Below the pieces are notes generated by a model. It was not told the DNA's origin. It did no database searches and saw only the letters and a list, made by a program, of their open reading frames with translations. The position numbers and the translations under genes are program-made. Positions 13,864-27,800 of a stretch of 64,000 nt of DNA are shown piece after piece; positions within the stretch are counted from its first letter, which is position 1, and each line of letters starts with the position of its first letter. The stretch lies in NCBI GenBank assembly GCA_964304625.1, contig OZ199839.1:4403176-4467175 (forward strand), written 5' to 3'. This DNA comes from Kudoa neothunni (taxonomy: Eukaryota; Animalia; Cnidaria).

Positions 13864-14659
13864 ATGTTGAAGAGAATTTGAAATCATCAGTTGTAATAAT
13901 TCAATAAATCAATGAAGAGTTTAAAATGAACAGCTTAGAAATTTGACCTTAGTAATAGAACAATTATGTCTTGGTAAAACATATACATTTAGATATGAGG
14001 AACATTCAACCCTCGATAGAATCTTTTAGATGGAAGAAAACTTCCAGCTACTACGTCTCTAACAAACGAAAGCGTGAATGAATGAGAGACATCATTGGTG
14101 GTCTAATTTAATAGTGGGCCATGCGCCAGTATCTCTGATGATGACTGTCAAAGAAGTAATAATCGTCAACGGTCAACCTAAAATTAAGGATGTCTTAAGA
14201 ACTATTAGACAACCTTTGCAAGCCAAGGTCCAGAAGGTCTATATGATTTACATCCTGCTACGGATCGAAAATCAGCATTGTAAAAGAGAGGGACCACAGA
14301 TTAAAATGGAGGGCAATTCTCTAAAGATAAAATGAAAAACAGACAAACCTTATTTCATTATGTAAATGAATTTATGTTAAAAGGGAGCCAACAAATGGTT
14401 TAATCGAATTTGTATTGCGTAGCAAGTTGGCGCTTCCAATTTACTACGCATTACCGAGGCACGACTGTAGTATTATCATCACGTTGTTTAAATAATTGTT
14501 TCTACAAATTAAAATTAAGGGTCGACGAATCAATCGCACTTAACCTTAACATCATTTTTGTACAAAATTTTTTATTTAATATACTTTTTATTATAACCGA
14601 AAACATGGGTGATAAATAAGAGGATTAAATTGCAAGAGCTCACATTAAAATTAGGTTTT

Positions 14660-14888
14660 GTTGGCATGCGTCATGACGGCTCTAGGGCATCTTGGAACTC
14701 AGTCCCCATTTTAGTGCCCACGACCCCTCACCTACTGTATAACATATTCTAAAAAATTAAATCTGTATGCAGCTTTAAAATAAGAGTTTCTGGGATTAAA
14801 AATCTACATCGCACAAGGGTACAGGTCGTGTAGGGATAAAATTATTGAGCCAATGCCCCTGCCTTAAATAGTCATGCGCCGCCACGTG
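14660..14888. mobile_element. Degenerate GC-rich inverted-repeat element (MITE-like)
   Basis: ~70-bp arms show patchy complementarity (CATGAC, GGGCAT, CACGACC, ACCCT). No clear TSD. Confidence 0.35.
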
Positions 14889-14997
14889 GCTGCAATAGTA
14901 GTGTTAGTTGCGTTTTGGAGGGGTTTGAATCTCTCTTTTCACTTTAACTGAATCATATATAGTTAAGATAATTTTTGAATTTATATCGCTGAGGTTC

Positions 14998-15786
14998 ATG
15001 GGAAATGCGACTGTGTTCAACCTGTCGGAAATATCAAATGATTTGGGTACAAAAATTTACTTTTGACAACTCTTAATCTGACTAAAGAAGAGATCAGGCA
15101 CTGTTACAATAAATGCTTGAAAAGTATGCTCGATCATAAAGTTATTGCCGTTCCCACTGACACAATTTACGGAGTTGGCTGTATTCCATCCTCTGACATT
15201 GCTATCAACAAAATATCAATGAAAGCTAGAGATTTAGATAAGCCATTAGCATTGTGCGTATCCGATTTCGAATCAATTTACAAGTAAAAATCTATCAAGT
15301 TACATACAAGTAATAGAACCTCCTATATAGATGGTCCGAGTGTAACTTAACACACGACGAACTTTCACTTTTCTTCCTGGAAAATGTACTCTCATATTCA
15401 AGCGTTCGTCGCTCTCTATAGTCATTAAATCCTGGAAATCAAACAATTGGCTTTCGAATACCTGAGGAGGATTTATCGTTAAGCTTTGCTCGCAATTACC
15501 CGAGAAATCGCTTGTGTTAACAAGCGCTAATATTAGCAATTCGATGAGTTCGCTTGTTCCTCAAGTTTATTAGACTTATTTTGTATTATCGGTGATATTT
15601 TTTAGGATTTTGAAAAATTAAATGACGTATTGATGTTATTGTGGACAAAGGAAGTCCACTATCAGAGGATGGTTGTCGCCTAGGTTCAACTGTGATAGAT
15701 ATTTCAACGATCATCTCTTTACGATATTAAGAGAAGGTTCAAATTGCTCTCATTACAAGGAAATACTCACCAAGTTTAAAATATAA
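14998..15786 (+). CDS. YRDC: Threonylcarbamoyl-AMP synthase (YrdC/Sua5); 4 exons, about 5 frameshifts in this assembly
   Basis: IAVPTDTIYG, K.R..KPL, LPGKCTL, LNPG..TIGFRIP, LTSANIS, CRLGSTVID, ILREG. Introns 15047-15087, 15284-15330, 15565-15605. Confidence 0.88.
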
Positions 15787-16179
15787 ACAGATCTAACATT
15801 TTACCAGTAGAAATTAAAACAGCTTATTCTACTCAGTTGCGACGGTTGTTGTGGATCTTTTGTATTTTGGGTGGTTTCTTTTTGTTTCTCCGATATTATT
15901 TTAATAAATGTTCAATTCTTGAATGGTAGACGTTCAATTGAAACTTGGTTTTCTGTAATTCCTTCCAATATATGCATTGATTGTCATGATGCACTTCCTA
16001 ATTAATCATAAATTAAACCTTAATACAATGAACAATATTATTAACTATTTAATCGAAGGTGTGAAAACTAATTTTTGAGAAATAGTGAATATTTTAAATA
16101 GTTAAATAAATGTTATTCTATTTCAATTTTTTATAATTTTCTCAATTATTTTTAGCCCATCAGTTAACACTTTTATAAG

Positions 16180-16300
16180 TGCTGTATTTTCTATCACGCT
16201 CACTCAGACTCAGGATAAACACACGCGGCCCGTTCAAGTCCGACTGCAATAGTATAGAGGTTGCTTAACAAGGCGGTGAAGCCGCCGCTAATTTATATAT
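16180..16300. repeat. LTR-like remnant related to the Gypsy LTR at 56014-56154
   Basis: Shared collinear motifs CGCTCAC..., AAC.CACGCGGCC, GTCC, AGAGGTT, GGCGG...GCCGCC. Confidence 0.5.
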
Positions 16301-16373
16301 TATTTATAATCTCCAACTATGAGCTAATGAGTTATTTTGTACACTTAATGTCATACATTATCTACGATGCTAA

Positions 16374-18349
16374 CCCATAGCGGGTTTTCGTTGCTTTTTC
16401 GGCTCTGGTATATGACCGCCATAAAAACTTTCATTATTTTTAAAATTTTATTATTTTTTTCCCATCAATAATGAATGCATTTTTTATTTATTACTAAAGT
16501 ATAATTATAGTTAATAATGTATTTGTAAAGATATGATAATAAATAACTCATACCTTGTGCTTAGGTTATAATGCAACAAAAAATTATGATATAAGTCTCT
16601 TTGAAGAGTATTTTTGTAAATTTAGAAAATTATATTTAGTTGTATGATATAAATTCAATTTAAGAACTAAAGACTTATCTAAGATAAGTTATAACGGATG
16701 TAATGTGAAGCCATAAAAGCAACGAAGAACGACCGGCATGCTAAATCCCAATAATCCCACATTTGTTGCTTGAGAGATGAGGTATAGGAATTTGATCGAC
16801 GCAGTTGATGAAATTGGTAATAATGATGATGAAATTAATTGCATCGATGTTGTAACATTACCCCCTGAAACAGTCGATATTTTAACGGACGAAGAAGAAA
16901 GTTTTGTCAGCCTAGATTCAGACAATGTTGACATCAGGAATGTCCCCGAAGTTTGCGGGGAAGTTGAGATATTTTCAACATTAGATGATGGTCAGACTGC
17001 TGAGAACTTCAGTAGGCTAAGTGGAAAAATTCTTCATTCATCAAATTATCACCGATGCGGAAACTAATGTTTTTTCACAAAACAAAATGAATTGCCAACA
17101 AACGTTTCGCTCGAAAAATACGATTCACTTGAAGCATTTTATGGATTTTTTGATGAAAGTTTATTGATGCACATTGTTAAACAAAGTAATCTGTACGCTC
17201 GCCAGAAGAATGACCATTCTTTCCACTTATCGTTAAAGGAACTAAAATCATTCATTGGTATTTGCTACTGTCTGGATATAATAAATTATCCCAACAACAT
17301 ATGTATTGGGAATCTGCAATGGACTCTGGAGTTGATATAGTCAGAAAATGCATGTCCTATAAACGCTTCAAGACTATAAAATCATATATTCATTTTAATA
17401 ATAACGCCAATTTAGATCCTGAAGATAAGCTCTTCAAACTTACACCAATAATAAAAAAACTGAATGAAAATTTTAAGAAATTTGGTATTTTCCATAATAA
17501 CGTTTGTGTTGATGAACAGATGGTTCCGTATACCGGTCACCACTCATGCAAATGTTTATGAGAGGAAAACCAATTCGGTTTGGTTTTAAGCAGTGGATGT
17601 TGACCTCTGCGGATGGTTTTGTGTATAGCTTTGACGTTTATACAGGCAAGTCAGCGAAATATGATAAATATTTTGGCCTCGGTGGCAGTGTTGTGCTGAA
17701 TTTTGCGGACGATCTTAAGGATAAATCAAACGCTCATATTTATATGGACAATTTTTTTACATCCTATAAATTGTTCGTGAACTGAAGAAAGATCCCTCAA
17801 AGCAACCGGCACCGTGAGAACCAATCGTACTTCCAAATGCCCGCTTACAACAAATAAAGTGATGGAAAAATAAATTGTTAAACCATATTCGGAATATCGT
17901 AACATGTTTAATTAGCATAAGTGACCATGAAAAACTACCAGAACATCGTCCCTATCCAAACTCCAAGCGTCATCATTGTGCAAAAAACCTTGCTTAATAC
18001 CCATCCTGCAAAAAAGAAACGTAGATGTATAGTTTGTAAAAAAACTACAATACATTTATGTACGAATTGCCAATGTTATATGCACATAAAATGTTCAATA
18101 AAATTTCATAAGGCATAATTATTTACAATTGTTCACTTTAAACCAGCTGTTATTTGTTTACCGCAAACACAACCTGCTACTGGAAATCGCACGTCGGTAG
18201 TTTTTCGTTGCTTTTTCGGCCAATACTAATTCAATTGTAATTCATTAAATATTTAATATTTCAAAAATCTATTGCATCAGTGTTAATTATTAATGATTTA
18301 ATACATATATAAGTTATAAATAAAATCTAAACATTGGACCCGTTATGGG
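16374..18349 (+). mobile_element. piggyBac element, defective (frameshifts, internal deletion)
   Basis: TIR CCCATAGCGGGT / ACCCGTTATGGG; flanks ctaa/TTAA; subterminal repeat TTTCGTTGCTTTTTCGGC. CVDEQMVPY.G.H, GKPIRFGFK.W, YMDNFFTS and a C-terminal Cys domain are present, but the third-Asp region is missing. Confidence 0.93.
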
Positions 18350-18359
18350 TTAAATAATA

Positions 18360-21300
18360 GGTACATGCGTGTGGTAATGTCTATTGGCCCGGCAGATCAG
18401 TTTCACGATTTTGTAATCTTTCAAGAGTAAAATTAGGATTTTAATTGCCTAACTGTTAAATTGCAACGTTTACGAACACATTTTTTAATATTCGAGTCGC
18501 TCAAGCTCAAGTGGGAATTGTTACCGGCACAGCTTGATTATCGTTTTCAAATATTATATATTTAACTTATATTATATTTTTTTCGCCGAAATTTGAGAAT
18601 AAATTGATCTGGTGATCGCATCTAAATTAAACAGTGACGTTGAATTTTACGAACCTGTGTTTGTGTGTAGTGTGGTTATTCATACGCAATGAACAGCAAC
18701 GAAAGTGGTGGAAGCAACCATGATGTTAAAACTAACGAGAATAGTTTTTTCAACGTTGGTGATACGTTAATAGCTTTGAAGAGTTAAAGTGAAAATTGAA
18801 CAGTTGGAATTACTCGATAAATATACGATGTCCATATTAGATTGCAAAACCACTGAGAGTGGCCAAAAACGTTGTGATCGAGTGTTAAATCCATTATTAA
18901 AATATTATCAATTAAAATTTTTCTGTATTCACCACGGAAAAAAGGTAAATCGTTTATTTTATTAATATTATTTTCATTTAAGGTTAATTATGTTTTGTCT
19001 TTAGAAATATTTTTATTTAGTTGTTAAGTTCTTTATTGGTTTTATTATTTTAGAGAAAGCGATCAACTGGTCAACGTAATACGAACTCTTATTATAAAGG
19101 ATGCCCAATGTTTTTAAGGTTTCTAATTGACGCAGACGGCAAAAAACTTGTGTTAAAATCTCTTAATTTATCACATAAATACGAGTCTCTTAGTTTACCC
19201 CAAAAATTTTTAGGAAGAAGGGAAATATGTTATATTGAAAAAGTTAAGAAACATTAAATATTCAATTAAATCCCATTCAGCCACACTTGATTTTTTGCTA
19301 ACTCCAAAAAATAAATCAAGTGTATTCATTGAAGTGCTAGAAGGTGGAAATAATTTTAAGAGTCTATTTTATCATGATTTAGACATGAAAAAATGCTTAA
19401 CAGCTTACCCCGAAATAATATTTGTTGTCGCCACATATAAATTATTATATTGTAGGGCTACAGTTTATTTTCTTGTGGTAATGGATGGAAGAGGAATGAG
19501 CGAGATAGTGGCAACAGGAATCCTCACTGAAGAAACAGAGGAAATACTATCAGGGTTTATTTAAACAATGTAAAAACGTAACCCAGTGATAGAAAACGAG
19601 ACTAAAATTTTTATGACAGATAAAGAAATGATGGAGCGAAAAGTTTGAAAAAATATTTCCCAAATGTTAACATTCAATTATGTCTTTATCATGTCTTAAA
19701 GGCATTTAATCGTGAAATCAAAGTAGAGAAAATGAACATTAATTCTAAGGAAAAAGAAATTTCTCTATTTTATCTACAAAAAAATCTCATACGCCAAAAA
19801 ATTTGAAGAATATAATTCTATAAAAAACGATATAAGGATAACCTAGGAGAAAACGTTTATCGTTATTTTAGAAATAATTGGCATACAATCAAAGATGAAT
19901 GGGTTATTGGTTTACGGAGATACGATGGAATGTTCCTAAATTTTAGCAATAACAGAATTGAAAGTGTCAATTCCAAAATGAAAAAAGTGATTCCATTATT
20001 TTCCTCTTTTGAATAATTTTTCAAGAAATTTCTAGTTTACAAAAATACTTCAAGAATGGAGAAGGATAATAAGGCTGTTCAAGAAATTTTAAAGACATCT
20101 CAAAAATTTATGGATCGTGATATAATCGAGTGTTATAATTTTTTGACAAAATAGCCATTCCAAATGAATGTGCTAAAGTTCACCTATTGCTAGAAAACAT
20201 CGTCGATGAAACTACTCCAGATGGTTTTAACGCGTCTACTAATGATAAATGTGATTGTCCATTTGGAATCAGCATGAATTTACCATGCTGCCACATATTT
20301 ACATCTCGGAAAACGTGTAATCTTCCACTTTTTGATAAATCGTTGTGCTCTCAGAGATGGACGACAAATTACTTTATTGAAAATTCGAGATTAAAAGAAA
20401 ATGTTTGTAAAAATAATGATGTCGACTTTGAATGCGATTCGATTTCTTTCAGTTCCTTATCCAAAAATGTTCAATATTCAGAACAAAAAAAAATTCAATG
20501 AAGGTTCTAGATTGGTGAAAATTGTCGCTGCCAGAATCTCAGAAAAAACAGGTCCTGAATATAATTATTGGATTGATAAGCTGAAACAGTTAACGGAAGA
20601 CAATGAAAATATTAAAAAAATTCCGCGAAACAAACTTAGCGATGATGACTCTATATTCTATATGTGAGGTCTCAACAACCTCAATCGAAAACATCACACT
20701 GTCTAGAAATGTTTTTCTATGTAATATAATGCAATATTAATTTTGATGTATTTAGATTCAGAATTACCTCAATGTCCTATAAACGAAAGTCAACAACTGT
20801 AAAACGGAATCCCTGCTAAAAGATTTATTCTAATTATAGGGAAAAATCAAATAATAATGAAAAAAACATTTACAATATCTGGTGAAAATAATAAAATTGC
20901 AAGTAATACAAAAGTTAATTATATTTTTGAAATAAAATGCAGAATTAATTCTGACCTCAAAATTCAATACAAAGGCCGCCCGAAAGGTTCATCTATGACT
21001 GTAATTGGTAAAAAAGATCTAAAATACACATGAATTCGTTCATGAATTTAACTGAAATGCAAAAAATTTCGACTATATTATAAATTAGAAATTTTTTAAA
21101 TCATTGATAGTTATGCCGAGCTGGTTTGTTGATAAAAATATTGCAAAAAAAGCTATGGTTAATAAAGAAAAAATCGATGTAAAGCACGTCGAGGTTTTTC
21201 CTAATAACGTAAGTGACGCAATTCTTGACCAGAGGGTTTAAAATGATAAAATATTTCCTTATTTTACTGATGATACCATTAATAATATTATAACTATTAT

Positions 21301-22474
21301 AAACAACGAAACTATTGTTGGTTATAGGTGCAGTATCTGTATAAACACGATTGGGAACATGGAATCACCTATAGGTTGTGATATTTGCTTAGAATGGAGT
21401 CATTTCAAATGTTAAAATATTAGCATTAGCTCATATTCTAAGTATTGGTGTTGCGACGAATGTAAAAAATTATTCAAGAACAAATAACAGAACCAAATTT
21501 AAAACCTGAATAAAAATATTTCTCCAACAAAAGAATAATCTTATTCGAATTATTTTCAAAATTATTTACAATTTTTCCTGAAAAAAATCCTTTGTATTGC
21601 AAGCAAAAATAACTCACAATTAAATTATATTTTTAATTTCATGAATAATAGAATAAGTACTATTTCTTTTGCAAGCAGCACCGGTTATTTAAGTTAGATT
21701 TGTTCAAAACCTTCGTTTTATAAATTAATTTCTATAATGTCAATCAATTTCTATAATGATGATATATACGTAAAACCGTGGGGCGATGATTATGATGTCG
21801 TATATAATCAACATTAAAAAAGTTTCATGTTTAAGAATATACCAATATAATTAATATTTTTTCGAACTCGGAAGGAGATATTTACTTACTCATTCGAAAT
21901 AGCATAAAGAGTTTAATTTATTTAAATAGAAAGCACAATTTTGATAAAATTTCGATGCAAATTTTGTCAAGTTGCTTTACCGCTTAACTAAATGAATTTT
22001 TGTTTGTTATGCGTTATGTAAACTAACCTACTGGTACGAATCAATATATCGAGATTGAATATAAATAAATTATCAGACTGATATAAATAATTATTAATTT
22101 GTTGTCCCAAATAGAACTAAATATATCTCTACACTTATTTTTATATGCATTTTAAGGGGTAAACGTAACAAATAGTTATATCAACAGAATATGTAAATAT
22201 GATGTAAATATTTCCATAGAAAACTTAAGCTTTATTAATCCAATAGCTCATAAATGTTAGTTTATGTAAGAGTAGCATTTTCAAAGTCTAATAATGAAAA
22301 TCTCGATTCTATCCGTGTCTAAATAGGTTTTTGAGTATTCTCTTTAATTAAACTTAATTGATAGATATACTTGTCATTAAAATGCTAATTAAAATATTAA
22401 ATTTAATTGTATATCAACTTAAAGTAACTTTATAGAGCATGCGATGCTAATCTGCCAGGCCAATAGTCACTTCC
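18360..22474 (+). mobile_element. Mutator (MULE) element, ZSWIM3-like transposase with SWIM and C-terminal PHD finger; decayed
   Basis: TIR GGTAATGTCTATTGGCCCGGCAGAT / ATCTGCCAGGCCAATAGTCACTTCC; 9-bp TSD taaataata. YPEIIFV.ATYK, FMTDKE, QLCLYHV, SWIM CDC...LPCCH, PHD CSIC...IGCDICLEWSHFKC...WCCDEC. Confidence 0.88.
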
Positions 22475-24867
22475 TAAATAATATTCTACATTATTGATCC
22501 TTTTCTATTTATTTTGTATTTTTGTTTGAAAAATTATTGGAAACTAAAATAGAAATAAAAATATATTTCGTTATATTTAAATTATAATATGTATGATAAA
22601 AAAGTATCACATAGAACAGTCGAGAAAATTAAAAGTTTTAATAACGTAGTGATAACACTTTCAAATTTATTATAAAATCACCGTGACGGTGATAATCCAC
22701 CTCAGGTAACGTTCATATAACAAAACATTGAGTTAGCTTTAGATTTTCACTATAATATATCTATAAATAATTTTTTAAAAATACACATAAAATGAACTGG
22801 AGAAATAATTTATGAAATATCACAAAAATTAGTATTAAACAAAAATTAATTGTATTCAACTGATTTTGAATATCACAATAATTATTTTGATTATATAACT
22901 ATAATAAATACCAGATCTCTAAAATTAAATTGATTTTTAAAATTTCCATCTTAAGGGATGTTTTTTAAGGTGTTATTACAACCAACGTATAATCGATTCC
23001 AAGTAATTCTTAATAATCATTATTTTATAAACGTTTCTCGTATTAATACTACTACTATTTAAATTGTTGTCGTTTTCTTATGAGCAGAAACATTTAAGTG
23101 GGTTAAGCACATCAGTTGAATATAATTGTTTCCAAGAATGAAATCATATCTAAGCAAAATTAATATTTGGGTATTAGATGATTCTATTTATTAAAACTTG
23201 AGTATTTATTTGTGATTATATATTTATTACGTGGTCTTAACATAGTTATATATTGGGGATTAAATGTAAATAAAATGATCCATTAATATTTATTCTTATT
23301 TGAATAACTATGATTAATGTGAGAGTTTAATTTTTGGATGTAAAATAATACGAATTAGGAGCATTATTAATACTCTTAATTTATGGAAAATGGTTATTTA
23401 TGCTGTTCTTTAGAGTTAAAACATCGTTTTGAATTTCTTTATAATAAATAATCATACAAGAAACAATGCTGATTAACTGATTAAAACAAATATTGCAAAT
23501 TTAAGCATAAGTTATGAACGAATATTTTTCTAGGGGATTTTATTCTGGATTTATATAACTAATTTGGACTTCTATTATATTTAGAGAAAAAAAAATATTT
23601 TAGCAATAATTCATTCACTATTTCAAAATTACACGCTTTTTTATCATTGTTGGCACAAAAAGTTAATAATACCTAGAGATGAATTATAAATATACAATAA
23701 AATATTTTTTATATTAAGTGATTTTAAAATATGACATTGTTAAATCTAGAATTATGATTTCGCACAAAAAATCAGTTGTTAGACTCCTAATTTACCTACA
23801 AATGAGGAAACGGCCCATATCAATCCGAGGAATACTAGGTATTGACATAAAGCTACATTGTCATCTTCCAATAAAAAGTCAATAGTATGTGTTAGGATAG
23901 AAATATAGATAGAAGTTGTCTATTGTTGGAATCCTCAAGGGATATTAAAATTAACACAAATACTCATAACCAATAAATAAAACTTCAAATATTTAATAAT
24001 CATACATTATCCGAATCGACGACACATTGAACTAACTGGTCCAAACTTTTATTTATATTTTTTTTCACAGAGTCTTTCTGAATGAAATTATTTCTGTAGA
24101 CATTTATTTCTCTACTAATAGTTTCATTTTGACTCACACACTCTTCTATTTCAAGATATTGTTTTTCTAGGGCGTTTTCAAGGTATTCAACTAATAACTA
24201 CGTAAAAATACAAAATATGGAGGTAATACTTCTTTTTAGCATTAAATCATTTTTCAATGGAATTATAATTCGTTTTTTGAATTTTTATTATTTTACATTA
24301 TATTTTATGATGTATTCTTGTCGCTTTCGGAATAACAAAGTTAGCGTCCATTGATATAAATGTTACATGGTAAAAAATTTAATCAATCACTCATATCATA
24401 ATCCAGCCTGGGTGAAATATACGGTTTTCTGCATTCGAATAAATATCTTGTTGTATTATTGCAAGAAAAATGATTCGAATTTTCTAAATTTTGACTCACC
24501 TAACGATGACTCTAAGTTGTCAAGCTGCGACGTCTATCAATTAGAGGTGCCAATAAACCTTATTATAAACAATTAAGGAACAACCAGATCTCTTTAAATA
24601 CCTGTTGTTATTACCAAACGGAACCCACTTTTGATTAATTCAATTAACGAATTCCATTTTTAGTCAAAAATTCTTACATTTGTTAAGCCTAGTTATTTTA
24701 CGGTTACTTGGATTAAAATAATTTAATCAGACGCGACAATTTAAACAATAATGAATAAGAAAACGTGTCCAATATTTCTCCAAAGTGTGCATATTTTAAC
24801 AGCTATCAACATCTGACGTCAGCTGAAATTGAATAAAAATTAACACTACTGCACTTACCCCTTTTCG

Positions 24868-27800
24868 ATGAATTTATTAATAATATTTATAAATTTTGCT
24901 TTCATCGTATATTCCTACAAAATACCTCCGCCAAGATACAAGAGGAATGCTGAGTTCGGTACCGGCACTAAGGCAAAACCACATATTGTTTTAATAACAG
25001 CCTCCGAATTGGTAATCTCCAAAAATTGTACATATTGCATCTATCTTTATACTATATTAGGGATGGGATGATATAAGTCAACATGGTTCCCCACTTGCTC
25101 TAACTCCTAATTTGCATACTCTAGCCAAACATGGAATTCATTTTAGTCATCACTATATTACACCCTGGGACTTTACCACCAGAGTTGAATTATATACTGG
25201 TGAATACGCCAGTCATCAAGGTAATAATCATTTCTGATTTATGATACAGGTTTTTTGTTTAATTGAAAACCAAATTCAATTATTAAAACTGGGATCCTTA
25301 TATTAAATTTCATGGGATAAAAAGGCTTCCAACATAAAACATATATTTATGAATACTAAAAATAGCTTCGGGAATAAATTCCAATGTTTCTATGAACTTT
25401 ATTGTTATCAATAATAATTCAAAATTGATCTTTACATTTAAATATATCTATGACGAGTTGAATCGAATTTTTCTCCAGAGTAAAGTGAGGCTCTATTAAG
25501 AATATTTATTATGCCGTTAATTACAATTATTTATTTATAAACTAGTTTATGTGGCGTAATTTACTTTTAAATGAGTAAAGAAAGGCGTGAATACTTCCAT
25601 TGCTTTTATCAGTGCGAGAAATAATCGTCTAAATAGGTCTATCCGAATAATTCAAATGAAATTGTTGAATCTTAATAAGTTTTAATCAGATTTTAGCCAA
25701 CGTTTGTATTAACAATAATCGCTCGCAAAATTTTCATTTTTATTTAAGTTTAACTTAATTTCAGAGGTAATTTACCATTTCTTTTCTAGGACTACAACAC
25801 GGAAATATTACGAATGGCCAGCCAATTGGCTTGAATATAACTACAAAAATTTTACCGGAATACCTGAAAGAATTGGGTTACAACACTACGTTATTAGGAA
25901 AGTGGGGTTTAGGATTCTATAAGAAGCAGTTGACTCCAACGAATAAAGGGTTTAATTACTTTAAAGGATCGCTGGGATTCGATAGCATAGACTACTACAA
26001 TTATACCAGTAAAGCAAGATATGAAGGTTACGATTTGTACGAGAACGAACAAGTAAATTATTTCTCAATATTTTTATGTACAAAATGTAAATTTAGCCAT
26101 TTTACTCGAATGATGAACAACATTTAACAGAGTTGTTGACTGATGAAGCCACCAAAATCATTCATAATCAAATAAACTGTACCAAGCCATTGTTTTTACA
26201 TGTTTCCTTCCAATCTCCTCAATTCGCATCCACTACAAATAAACCACAAGTCCCTGACCATTGGTTGAAACCGTTCGAGGGCATATTTAATGACACTGAT
26301 AGAACTGGGCATTCCGGTAGGTAAATTCAGTTGGCTTGAATATGATTTTATTCTAGCAATGGTTCTCTCATTGGACGTTGCGATCGGAAAAATTATGGAT
26401 GCCTTGTCGGTTGCAAATATTTTTGACGACACATTCTTCGTATTTCTCACCACCTCCACCTCTAAGTCTTGCTCAAGTGTTCATGCCGTTGGTTGTAACT
26501 ATCCACTGAAAGGTGGCAAGGGAACCTATTGGGAAGGCGGAGTTCGTTCAATGGCGATGGTCTATTCCGGTGATATTACTACGCCCGGTAATAATCTTTC
26601 TTAGTTTAATTTTCTAATCAAGTTTCTAGGAATAACAATTAAAGATACTATACATATCACTGATTGGATGCCAACCATTCTAAATTTAGCTTCCAAAGGA
26701 CAGTCTTCAAATCTTTTGAGCACACTTCATGGTTTTGATATATCTAACATCATTTCCAAAAGTGAGAAATCCAAAAGAGAGTTTATTCTACATGGTTACG
26801 ATCCTCTAGCGAGTAAGTTCTAATATCATTCAGTGGAATGTGTAAAAAAATATAGACAACAGTGGTGCTATTCGATTACGTGATTATAAACTTGTCATTA
26901 ATCAGCAAATAGATGAGCGAAGCGACTGGACTAAATATTTTGCGTTTGATCGAAATAAAACAAGAAATCTTGAAATCCCAGGCTTTAGACCTAAATCAAA
27001 CGCAAAACCAGACGTTGAATCGGTGATTTTGTGTGACAGTGGTTTTCCACACCCTTACTTACGACTGAGAGCTCCTCCATGCAATCCGTCGGAAAAACCT
27101 TGTCTTTTCAACATCCTCTGGGATCCGTGTGAGTATCACAATCTCGCGGACTTTTTACCAAAAACAGCTCATTATCTCTATGAAAACACAAAGATGATTC
27201 TAGATTCTGGTTATATAAAAAAACCACTCTATCCAGAGTTCGATAATAAGTCGGATCCTAAAAATTTCAATAACACATGGGCACCTTGGATCCAATCAAA
27301 CTTTGACAACAATAAACTAAAATTAGAAAATCTCTCCAATCTATTGGAAGAAGATAAAATCATTATTCTTAATAATAAGATCCAGAAAAACAACAGTGCC
27401 AATGATTCATCCAAATTTAGTAATATGACAGCTGGTACAGCTAGAACATCATCTGCAGCGAATGCTGAAAAAGATGCTTTTCCGTACCAGCTAATAAATG
27501 AAAACGAGCTAGACAACTTCGGTCAAGATGGTGCTTCGGATAATTTTGGAAAGTACGGGAGTAATAAGATCTTGAAAATCAGCTGTGAAGAATTGGACTA
27601 CTATAACTATACGATCGAATGTATTAGTGTTGCTAATTCTGCTGACAAAGATGGATCCTCTAATAATATATTTGATGGTTATGACGATCGGAAGAATATA
27701 GACTTGGTTAAACTTGGAACCTATGTGGAAAATATGACGGACAAAATATTACTGGATGACCAATTTAAACTAGATAATAATGACAATGTTTCCGCTCGCT

